The notes under the pieces: generated by a model
Databases searched by the model: none
What the model was told of the DNA's origin: nothing
Seen by the model: only the letters and a program-made list of their open reading frames with translations
Part shown: in pieces, positions 56,614-64,000 of the stretch
How the letters are laid out: every line of letters begins with the position of its first letter
How positions within the stretch are numbered: position 1 is the stretch's first letter
Made by a program: the position numbers and the translations under genes
Origin: Clostridium sp. CAG:914
GTDB taxonomy: Bacteria; Bacillota_I; Bacilli_A; RF39; UBA660
NCBI GenBank assembly: GCA_000437895.1
Contig: FR902161.1
Location: 46,642 to 110,641 of the forward strand
Direction: 5' to 3'
DNA length: 64,000 nucleotides

Positions 56614-59223
56614 ATGATTAATAAAAATGGTCTTACTAGTGATGAAGTCATTAAAAATAGAAAAAAATATGGTAATAATTCTCTTACAAAAAAGAATAAT
56701 GATACTTTTTTTAAATTATTATTAGAAACTTTATCTGATCCGATAATAAAAATATTGTTAATTGCTTTGGGAATAAAAACAATATTTTTAATTAAAGATT
56801 TTGATTGGTATGAAACAGTTGGTATTGTTATTGCAATTATGGTTGCATCTTTAATATCTAGTATATCTGAATATGGTTCTATGAGAGCTTTTAATAAGTT
56901 AACAGAAGAAACTTCGTTAATAAAAGTTAGGGCTAAGAGAGATAATAAAGTTATAGAAATACCTATTAATGATGTAGTTTACAACGATATTATTTTGCTT
57001 GGTGAAGGTGACAAAGTTCCGGCTGACGGAATTATTGTAAGTGGGACTATAGCTGTTGATGAATCAATGTTAAATGGTGAAGCTAAGGAAAAATATAAAA
57101 AAGCTTGTATTGATATAAATAAAATTGAAGATGAGAATAAAGTGTATATGTCATCAGTTGTATACAATGGTAGTGCTTTAATGCTAGTAACACAAGTTGG
57201 AGATAATACTATATACGGAAAATTAGCTCAAGAATTACAGGAAAAAGAAGATCCTTCTCCATTAAAATTAAGATTAACAGAACTAGCTAAAAATATTAGT
57301 AGAATTGGATATGTAGCGTCTTTTCTTGTTGCTTTTTCTTTTTTGTTTAATAAGATATTTATTTTAAATGAATTTAATATTTCTATGATATTATCAACAT
57401 TAACTAATTATAAAATTATGTTTTCTTATATACTTGAGGCTATGACATTATGTGTTACTATTATTGTGGTAGCTGTACCAGAAGGACTACCTATGATGAT
57501 TACTTTAGTTCTTTCATCAAACATGAAAACGATGTTAAAGAATAATGTTTTAGTAAGAAAATTAATGGGAATAGAGACGTCTGGTAATATTAATGTATTG
57601 TTTACAGATAAAACTGGTACTTTAACTAATGGTAAATTAGAAGTTGTTGGTATTTTGTCTTCTTCTTTAGAAGAGATTGATATTAGAAAATTAAATTCTC
57701 GTATGAAAGAATTATTTATGGATTCATTATCAGTAAATAATGAATCTGTTTATGATACTAAAAATAATAAAATAATTGGTGGTAATATAACAGATAAAGC
57801 AATTTTAAATTATGTTAAATTATATAAAAGTAAGGCTAAAGTAATAAATCGGATGCCCTTTTCTTCTGAGAAAAAGTATATGTTTACTAAGATTGATAAT
57901 ATGGGTAATAAAATCAAGTTGATTAAAGGGGCTCCTGAAGTTATAATTAATGCCTCTAATAGTTATTATGATGAGTTTGGAATAAAAAAGAATATTAGTG
58001 ATAAAAATAAAATTTTAAGTAAAGTTAAAGAGTTATCTGGTAGTAAACTTAGGCTTATTGCTATAGCAATATCTGATGATATCTTTGTGACAGATAATTT
58101 AAAAAATATTACTTTACTTGGATTTATTGTATTGGCTGATAGTATTAGAGAAAATGTCTTAGAAGGTATAAACTTGGTTAAATCAGCTTCTATTCAAACT
58201 ATAATGATTACTGGGGATAATAAAGAAACGGCTGTATCTATAGCTAGAGAATTAAATTTAATAGAAAGTTCTGATGATATAGTTATTACTAGTGATAAGT
58301 TAGATAAAATGACTAATGAAGAAATTATAAAGATATTTCCTAAAATAAGGGTAATTGCTAGAGCTATGCCTAGTGATAAGAGTAGACTTGTTAATATTGC
58401 TCATGAACAAGGTATGGTGTGTGGTATGACGGGGGATGGGGTTAATGACGCTCCTGCTTTAAAAAAAGCAGATGTAGGTTTTGCTATGGGTAGTGGTACA
58501 GAAGTTGCAAAAGAAGCTTCTGATATTGTAATACTGGATAATAATTTTATGTCTATAGCACAATCTGTTTTATATGGAAGAACTATTTTTAAAAGTATTA
58601 GAAAATTTATTATATGCCAACTAACAATTAATTTATGCTCACTTACTGTATCAATTATTGGACCATTTATTGGAATACCTGTACCTATAACTGTTGTACA
58701 AATGCTTTGGATTAATATGATAATGGATACTTTATCTGGACTGGCCTTTTCTTATGAACCAGCTCTTAATGATTATATGAAAGAGCCTCCAAAGAAAAAA
58801 TCTGATCACATAATAAATAGATATATGGTTAGTCAAATATTAGTAACTGGAATATATTCTTCTATTATTTGTATATTTTTTATGAAAAGTAGTATTATTA
58901 ATAATATTTATACTCCTATTAGTAAATTAACAGCTTTCTTTGGTCTTTTGATTTTTATTAGTATATTTAATGCTTTATCAGCTAGAACTAATAGATTAAA
59001 TATTATAGCTAATATTAAAAAGAACAAAGTATTTATTGCTATTATTGGTTTTATAACAATTGTTCAAATATTTATTATATATAAAGGTGGAAATTTATTT
59101 AGAACTCATGGTTTAAATATGAAAGAATTTATAATTATGTTTATTTTATCTATTAGTGTATTACCGGTTGATTTCATTAGAAAAATAATTATAAAAATGT
59201 TATATGGTAAGAGCGATGTTTAA
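56614..59223 (+). CDS. P-type ATPase, Ca2+-transporting (PMCA/SERCA-like, type IIA)
   Basis: DKTGTLT phosphorylation site, TGDNKETA, GDGVNDAPAL, 10 TM, 869 aa. Confidence 0.88.
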   Translation: MINKNGLTSDEVIKNRKKYGNNSLTKKNNDTFFKLLLETLSDPIIKILLIALGIKTIFLIKDFDWYETVGIVIAIMVASLISSISEYGSMRAFNKLTEETSLIKVRAKRDNKVIEIPINDVVYNDIILLGEGDKVPADGIIVSGTIAVDESMLNGEAKEKYKKACIDINKIEDENKVYMSSVVYNGSALMLVTQVGDNTIYGKLAQELQEKEDPSPLKLRLTELAKNISRIGYVASFLVAFSFLFNKIFILNEFNISMILSTLTNYKIMFSYILEAMTLCVTIIVVAVPEGLPMMITLVLSSNMKTMLKNNVLVRKLMGIETSGNINVLFTDKTGTLTNGKLEVVGILSSSLEEIDIRKLNSRMKELFMDSLSVNNESVYDTKNNKIIGGNITDKAILNYVKLYKSKAKVINRMPFSSEKKYMFTKIDNMGNKIKLIKGAPEVIINASNSYYDEFGIKKNISDKNKILSKVKELSGSKLRLIAIAISDDIFVTDNLKNITLLGFIVLADSIRENVLEGINLVKSASIQTIMITGDNKETAVSIARELNLIESSDDIVITSDKLDKMTNEEIIKIFPKIRVIARAMPSDKSRLVNIAHEQGMVCGMTGDGVNDAPALKKADVGFAMGSGTEVAKEASDIVILDNNFMSIAQSVLYGRTIFKSIRKFIICQLTINLCSLTVSIIGPFIGIPVPITVVQMLWINMIMDTLSGLAFSYEPALNDYMKEPPKKKSDHIINRYMVSQILVTGIYSSIICIFFMKSSIINNIYTPISKLTAFFGLLIFISIFNALSARTNRLNIIANIKKNKVFIAIIGFITIVQIFIIYKGGNLFRTHGLNMKEFIIMFILSISVLPVDFIRKIIIKMLYGKSDV

Positions 59224-59289
59224 TATATAATAAAATGAAGATAGAATATGTGTTTTGTATACTATGTATCTATCTTCTTTTTTGTCTTA

Positions 59290-59844
59290 TCATTTCTTTA
59301 CGATAACCTTTCTTGATGTTGTAGTTGTATTACCACTTTGATCTGTTACTTCATATTTTATTGTATATGCTCCCTCTTTATTGGTATTTATGTTGTTAGT
59401 GATTATTACTTTGTTTTGAATATCTGTATCATAGTTATCTGTAACAATCACTCCACTATCTTTATATATACTATTAAGAGGGATTATTTCAAGAGCTTGT
59501 CCATTTAGTTTTATAACTGGTGGTTCACTATCTATTATATTTACTTCTCTATAGATATATTCTTCAATATCATCTATGACTACCATATATTTTATTTTAT
59601 ATGTACCAATAATACTTGTATTTAGATTACTTTTGTCAACAATAACGTTATCCGTTATATCTTGATTATTATTAGTAACTTTTATTCCATATTCTATATA
59701 TTCATTATAAACTTCTAATTCTAAAGGATTTGGACCTATCAAGTCAAATTTTAATGATGTGGTAATTTCTTTAGAATAAGTTATACCTAATATACTAATT
59801 ACAATTATTAATAATGTAATAGAAGATAATATTATTTTTTTCAT
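59290..59844 (-). CDS. signal-anchored protein with two DUF5011 (Ig-like) domains
   Basis: 184 aa; paralogous to the 35249-35908 product (GTY.I.Y...D.....T.R.V..). Confidence 0.55.
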   Translation of the reverse strand: MKKIILSSITLLIIVISILGITYSKEITTSLKFDLIGPNPLELEVYNEYIEYGIKVTNNNQDITDNVIVDKSNLNTSIIGTYKIKYMVVIDDIEEYIYREVNIIDSEPPVIKLNGQALEIIPLNSIYKDSGVIVTDNYDTDIQNKVIITNNINTNKEGAYTIKYEVTDQSGNTTTTSRKVIVKK

Positions 59845-59898
59845 ATATATTCCTTCCTTATATATTATTTAAAATATTTTTACTCTATTTTTTAACAT

Positions 59899-59927
59899 AA
59901 AAAGACTTAGTTTATAAAGTCTTTTTT
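59899..59927 (-). terminator. rho-independent terminator after the SPFH operon
   Basis: AAAGACTT-AGTTTATA-AAGTCTTT followed by T6. Confidence 0.55.
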
Positions 59928-59945
59928 ATATTAAATTTTTTATGA

Positions 59946-60833
59946 TTATTTCTTTTTATCAATCATTTCATTTATGGCTGTACCAAATGAAGCAATCCCT
60001 TGCATGTCAGATGGAATAATTATCTTTGTAGATTGTCCTTCAGATAATTTACCTAATGCTTCATAACTTTTTAACATTAAGACAGATTTATCTGCTCCTG
60101 CCTCTTTTAATAATTTTATTCCCATTGCTTCGGCTTCTTTTATTTTTATTAATGCTTCGGCTTCTCCTTCTGCTTCTTTTATTTGTGTTTCTTTTTTTGC
60201 TTCTGCCCTTAAAATTGCAGCCTCTTTTTCACCTTCAGCAATTAATACATTAGATTTCTTTTCTCCTTCTGCTTGAAGTATTTTTTCTCTTCTTTCACGT
60301 TCTGCACGCATTTGTTTTTCCATGGCTTCTTGAATATCCTTTGGTGGTAAAATGTTTTTTACTTCTACTCTATTTACTTTTATTCCCCATGGATCTGTAG
60401 CTTCATCCAATATTGCTCTCATCTTAGAATTAATTATATCTCTAGAAGTTAATGTTTGGTCTAATTCTAATTCTCCAATTAAGTTTCTTAAAGTTGTAGC
60501 TGTTAAATTTTCAATTGCATTAATTGGGTTTTCAACTCCATAAGTATATAACTTTGCATCAGTTATTTGAAAGTATACTACTGTATCTATTTGCATTGTA
60601 ACGTTATCCTTAGTAATAACTGGTTGTGGTGCAAAATCTTTTACTATTTCTTTTGCTGTTGTAATATTAGCAATTCTGTCAATAAAAGGTATTTTAAAAT
60701 GAAGACCATTTGTCCACGTTGTATAGTATGAACCTAGTCTTTCAATAACATACCTCTGTGCCTGTGGAACAATTTTTATACTTAGAATGATAATTATTAA
60801 TATTATTATTAATAATATAATTACATAATTCAT
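59946..60833 (-). CDS. SPFH/band-7 (stomatin-like) membrane protein
   Basis: 295 aa; N-terminal TM; SPFH core; Ala/Glu-rich coiled coil (EAEGEAEALIKIKEAEA). Confidence 0.85.
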   Translation of the reverse strand: MNYVIILLIIILIIIILSIKIVPQAQRYVIERLGSYYTTWTNGLHFKIPFIDRIANITTAKEIVKDFAPQPVITKDNVTMQIDTVVYFQITDAKLYTYGVENPINAIENLTATTLRNLIGELELDQTLTSRDIINSKMRAILDEATDPWGIKVNRVEVKNILPPKDIQEAMEKQMRAERERREKILQAEGEKKSNVLIAEGEKEAAILRAEAKKETQIKEAEGEAEALIKIKEAEAMGIKLLKEAGADKSVLMLKSYEALGKLSEGQSTKIIIPSDMQGIASFGTAINEMIDKKK

Positions 60834-61264
60834 TATGTTTCCTCTACTTCCTTAACTTTTATTTTAGTACTATTTATTTCTAGTACTTCTACAATACTAT
60901 CTTTTGAGATAGTTTTATCAGCATATGCTGACCATAATTTTCCATCTACTTTTACTTCACCAATGGTATTTTTGGTAATTTTCTCAGTTACTATTCCATT
61001 CATACCTATGATTCTATCATAATTTGTTCTTTCAGTTTTAGATGTTAAATATTTTTGTAAGATATTCTTTGTAGAAAGTAACAATATAACTCCTAATAAT
61101 ATAAAAACGGCTATTTGAATTATTATATTATTGGTAAATAACGATATAACCAATGTAATAATACCACTTACAATAAACCATATACTTACTAGATTAATTG
61201 TAAAGGCTTCAATAATAGATAGTAAAATTATTATTATTAACCAAAATAATTGCATATTAAACAC
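60833..61264 (-). CDS. NfeD-like membrane protein (short form, OB-fold partner of SPFH proteins)
   Basis: 143 aa; 3 TM then a beta-rich C-terminal domain; start and stop overlap with the SPFH gene. Confidence 0.75.
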   Translation of the reverse strand: MFNMQLFWLIIIILLSIIEAFTINLVSIWFIVSGIITLVISLFTNNIIIQIAVFILLGVILLLSTKNILQKYLTSKTERTNYDRIIGMNGIVTEKITKNTIGEVKVDGKLWSAYADKTISKDSIVEVLEINSTKIKVKEVEET

Positions 61265-61271
61265 TCCTAAA

Positions 61272-61484
61272 TTAATCTAATTTATTTTCATCTCCTTCAC
61301 AATATGCTTCCCCCACTTTTTCTCCTTCAACGTATTCTTTTCCTATCATTTCACAACTGACTTTAGTTACTGTATCTTTTAAATAACCTCCAAATATTTT
61401 AACTAATGCTATTGCTAGAACAGCAATTAATGACACTATTAAAATATATTCTACAAGAGTTTGCCCTTTTCTGTTAAGCTTCAT
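61272..61484 (-). CDS. Flp/Fap-family (type IVb/Tad-like) pilin
   Basis: MKLNRKG|QTLVEYILIVSLIAVLAIAL fits the Flp G/XXXXEY processing motif and hydrophobic stretch; 70 aa; RBS GGTAGGTG. Confidence 0.6.
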   Translation of the reverse strand: MKLNRKGQTLVEYILIVSLIAVLAIALVKIFGGYLKDTVTKVSCEMIGKEYVEGEKVGEAYCEGDENKLD

Positions 61485-61508
61485 TTAAACACCTACCTTA
61501 TTAATATA

Positions 61509-61537
61509 ATTATATTATATATCAATTTTCTTGTCAA
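61509..61537 (-). promoter_or_regulatory. consensus sigma-A promoter for the flp-like gene
   Basis: On the minus strand: TTGACA, 17 nt, TATAAT (perfect consensus), about 20 nt upstream of the RBS. Confidence 0.6.
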
Positions 61538-61567
61538 TCAACAATTTATCTACATTTTATTTGACAT
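61538..61567. repeat. 30-bp motif CAACAATTTATCTACATTTTATTTGACATT (copy 1; copy 2 at 62836-62865)
   Basis: Exact 30-nt repeat in the same orientation in two intergenic regions 1.3 kb apart. Copy 1 directly abuts the -35 of the flp promoter; it contains 0A-box-like TTTGACA/TGTCAAA. Confidence 0.7.
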
Positions 61568-61996
61568 TTTATTTGTTATAGAATTTTTTTTAAATTTCTC
61601 ACTTGCAAAAGTGCATTAAAGTCTTTACCATTATCTTCAAAGAAACAATTAATTTTAAATTTGTCCATGCAAACCTTCTAATTAAACTTGTTTACTATAA
61701 TTAGAATTAATACATAAAAAAAATTGACAATTTTATTATATTTGTTTTCAAGAAGCAAATTTTTAAATAAAAAGTAAGGAACATGCGAGAGTTTTTCTAT
61801 CTCACATATTTCCTCATTTATAGATAAATTTCAAGAATACAAATTTTATATTTTCAATTTTTTTTATATTTTTCTCTTTAATCATATTAACTCTAACAGA
61901 TTTTTCTTGTATTAAGTCAAGTAGTATACTTTAATTTTTGGATAATAAAACTGCTAATGATAATCTATCTAAATTCTACCACACATATTTTTATTA

Positions 61997-62434
61997 TTAT
62001 AATTTATCATAAAATTTGTTTTCCAAAATATTATTAATAATTAATTTTACCTTAGCTGTTGTTTCACTAGGTAAGGATTCCATTGCTGCCCATCTTAATT
62101 CTGAACATTTGTTTTTTTCTCCTATTTCTGGTTTTAAATTAGTTCCATCTGCTTCAAATATAAAATTTAATCTTTCACCAGTATAATGATGCATTAAATG
62201 AATTATTTTAATATCTTCACGAGTTAAATTAATTAATAATTCCTCTTTAACTTCCCTAATCATTGCATCAAATATATCTTCATTTGCTTCTAGGTGACCA
62301 CCTGGTAATTCATACTCGCCATCGTTACTACCAGTATTTTTCCTTTTCATTAGTAAGGTACACTCTTTACCATCAATTATTTTTTTTATTAATATATCCG
62401 CACATATAACACTTTTAAATCTTTCCTTTATCAC
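61997..62434 (-). CDS. NUDIX hydrolase
   Basis: Nudix box GGHLEANEDIFDAMIREVKEELLI. Confidence 0.85.
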   Translation of the reverse strand: MIKERFKSVICADILIKKIIDGKECTLLMKRKNTGSNDGEYELPGGHLEANEDIFDAMIREVKEELLINLTREDIKIIHLMHHYTGERLNFIFEADGTNLKPEIGEKNKCSELRWAAMESLPSETTAKVKLIINNILENKFYDKL

Positions 62435-62435
62435 T

Positions 62436-62747
62436 TTATCCTCCTATTATTCTTTTTACCTTTTTTAAAACCATTTCCACATTGTTTTCAGAAGTATCTA
62501 TAACATATGTTGGAATCTGTTTTGAAACAACACTTAATACTTTCTCATAAGACTCCATAATTTGTTCATAGTAATTTAAAATTATATTATAGTCTTCCAA
62601 ATCTTTTTTTCTTCTAATAAGCAAATCATTTTTTAGGGCTTTTAAATAAATAACTTTACAATCATTTAAGGAATACTGTTTGATTATATTATTAGCTTGT
62701 TTGTCATTAATTCTCGACTTACTTTTTAAAATAGGTCCATAAACCAT
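62436..62747 (-). CDS. hypothetical 103-aa protein (possible P-loop-less nucleotide-kinase-like fragment)
   Basis: ORF only, with a weak RBS; vague resemblance to the C-terminal half of small NMP/shikimate-type kinases; no Walker A. Confidence 0.3.
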   Translation of the reverse strand: MVYGPILKSKSRINDKQANNIIKQYSLNDCKVIYLKALKNDLLIRRKKDLEDYNIILNYYEQIMESYEKVLSVVSKQIPTYVIDTSENNVEMVLKKVKRIIGG

Positions 62748-62835
62748 TTCTGTGATAAAGTGGCGACAAAAAAATTATATAGTGTTATCACCACTACCAA
62801 TGACAATAATTTGGAAAGAAGAAATTGTATTTACA

Positions 62836-62865
62836 ATTTCAACAATTTATCTACATTTTATTTGA
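62836..62865. repeat. 30-bp motif copy 2
   Basis: Identical to 61538-61567; lies about 90 bp upstream of the 62747 start. Confidence 0.7.
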
Positions 62866-62893
62866 CATTAGACTGTGTATAGTGTCCTTAAAC

Positions 62894-63577
62894 TTATTTT
62901 TTTATTTCAACATAATCTCCAGAATCTAAGTATATGATTCCTTTTTGATCTTTCATGCTTGCAACGATAGAATTGTATTTATTTATTTTTTCTATCTTTG
63001 ATAATGATACATATACATAATTTCCATCTATCATATATAATAGGAATCTTTCTTCATCAATATCGTTAGGTTTATATTCTATTTGTGATATTCTATATAG
63101 AATGGAATTATCTATCTTATTAAAATTTTTAACAAAACTATCATATATAGAATCTATGTCATTAATAACATATGGTAAATAGTCTAAATTATAAATATTG
63201 TCTGCTAAAGAATTACTATTTAGAACTACTTTATCTTTATATATGGCTATTGGTTTATATTCTTCTATTTCTATATATAGTTTATTTATTAATTTTTTCT
63301 TTACAGTAAAATTTTTTATATAGGGATTGTTAATTTTATTTTTCTTTATGGAAAAGATTGTTTTTATAAAAGAAGGATAATCAATTATATTTAAAGATTC
63401 CAATATTTCTTTATCACTCACTATATCATTATTTATTATATAGATGTTTTTTATTGGCATTGTTATTATATCGTAACTGGTAAATCCTAATAAAAGTAGT
63501 ATTAATAATGTTATAATGACATTTTTTACTTTGATTCGTTTCTTTTTGACTTTTATTTTGACTTTTTTCTTTTCCAC
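62894..63577 (-). CDS. cell division protein FtsQ/DivIB
   Basis: Basic N-terminus, single TM, POTRA-like region; location next to murB. Confidence 0.7.
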   Translation of the reverse strand: MEKKKVKIKVKKKRIKVKNVIITLLILLLLGFTSYDIITMPIKNIYIINNDIVSDKEILESLNIIDYPSFIKTIFSIKKNKINNPYIKNFTVKKKLINKLYIEIEEYKPIAIYKDKVVLNSNSLADNIYNLDYLPYVINDIDSIYDSFVKNFNKIDNSILYRISQIEYKPNDIDEERFLLYMIDGNYVYVSLSKIEKINKYNSIVASMKDQKGIIYLDSGDYVEIKK

Positions 63578-63586
63578 ACTATCACC

Positions 63587-64000
63587 CTATTCTACGATTA
63601 TTTGTTCTAGTATTAATTCAATTTTATATTTGTTTTTTACTTCTTCTTTTATTTTATTTATGAGACTTACTATATCTTTGCCAGTTGCATTACCTTTATT
63701 TACTATAAAATTAGCATGTTTAGTTGATACTGTTGCATCTCCAATACAGTAACCTTTTAAATTACATTTTTCTATTAATTCTCCTGCATACATTGATGGT
63801 GGATTTCTAAAAACACTTCCTGCACTAGGATATTCTAATGGTTGAGTATCCTTTCTTCTTTTCTTTCTTTCTTCCATTTGTAATAGCATTTCTTCTCTAT
63901 TTCCTTCTTTTAAGAGAAAATTTGCCGATAACACAACATAATCTGGGTTTCTTTTTAAAAATGAATCTCTATAACTAAATTCTAAGTTTTTTTTGTTAAG
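63587..64000 (-). CDS. murB: UDP-N-acetylenolpyruvoylglucosamine reductase (C-terminal part; the gene runs off the window end)
   Basis: SAGSVFRNPP...GDA.VS.KHANFIVN MurB C-terminal domain; the open frame continues to position 64000. Confidence 0.8.
   Translation of the reverse strand, partial: LNKKNLEFSYRDSFLKRNPDYVVLSANFLLKEGNREEMLLQMEERKKRRKDTQPLEYPSAGSVFRNPPSMYAGELIEKCNLKGYCIGDATVSTKHANFIVNKGNATGKDIVSLINKIKEEVKNKYKIELILEQIIVE

Noticed and set aside
61538-61590. Reading the 30-bp motif as a plus-strand promoter (it contains TTGACA and a downstream TGTTATAGAAT)
   Set aside because: Spacing between TTGACA and any plus-strand -10 is 10-12 nt in both copies. There is no plus-strand gene downstream. 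On the minus strand, by contrast, a perfect TTGACA-17-TATAAT sits next to it.
63587-63934. Using the ORF-track ATG at 63934 as the murB start
   Set aside because: The product corresponds only to the MurB C-terminal domain and the frame stays open to position 64000. The gene almost certainly begins beyond the window edge.

Overview
This is a 64 kb core-genome window, about 25% GC, from a low-GC spore-forming Firmicute (spo0A, hrcA/CIRCE and VrrA/YqfQ, DUF1292 and TrmK homologs are all present). I found no transposase, integrase or CRISPR array.

Most of the window is housekeeping, nearly all on the minus strand. It includes lon, an FtsW/RodA/SpoVE-family gene, tgt, lysS, dus, glyQS, trmK-sigA-dnaG, queA, nrnA, ackA, a CBS-domain family II pyrophosphatase, rpsD, spo0A, tpiA-pgk, fmt, serS, rsmE, hrcA-grpE-dnaK-dnaJ, mutS, murI, a Ca-type P-type ATPase, an SPFH-NfeD pair, ftsQ and a partial murB, plus a single tRNA-Cys(GCA).

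The non-housekeeping content worth a second look:
- A pilC-pilD (type IV pilus platform and prepilin peptidase) operon head with no ATPase. It is followed by three paralogous small secreted proteins whose N-termini look like TasA/SipW-cognate signal peptides. gap is inserted among them, displaced from pgk-tpi.
- A solitary canonical type IV pilin and a solitary Flp-type pilin. The Flp gene has a perfect sigma-A promoter and a 30-bp motif repeated 1.3 kb away.
- A 930-bp ORF-free region upstream of pgk carrying two tandem ~360-bp repeat units and terminator-like hairpins.
- A GrpE with a metallothionein-like Cys-rich N-terminal extension.
- Several surface proteins (DUF5011 Ig-like tandems, Listeria-Bacteroides repeat/Big_2, an FGE-sulfatase-like protein) and a lone HgdC-type activase ATPase with a Cys-rich tail.

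Many short F/L/I-rich ORFs on the strand opposite long genes are AT-bias artefacts.
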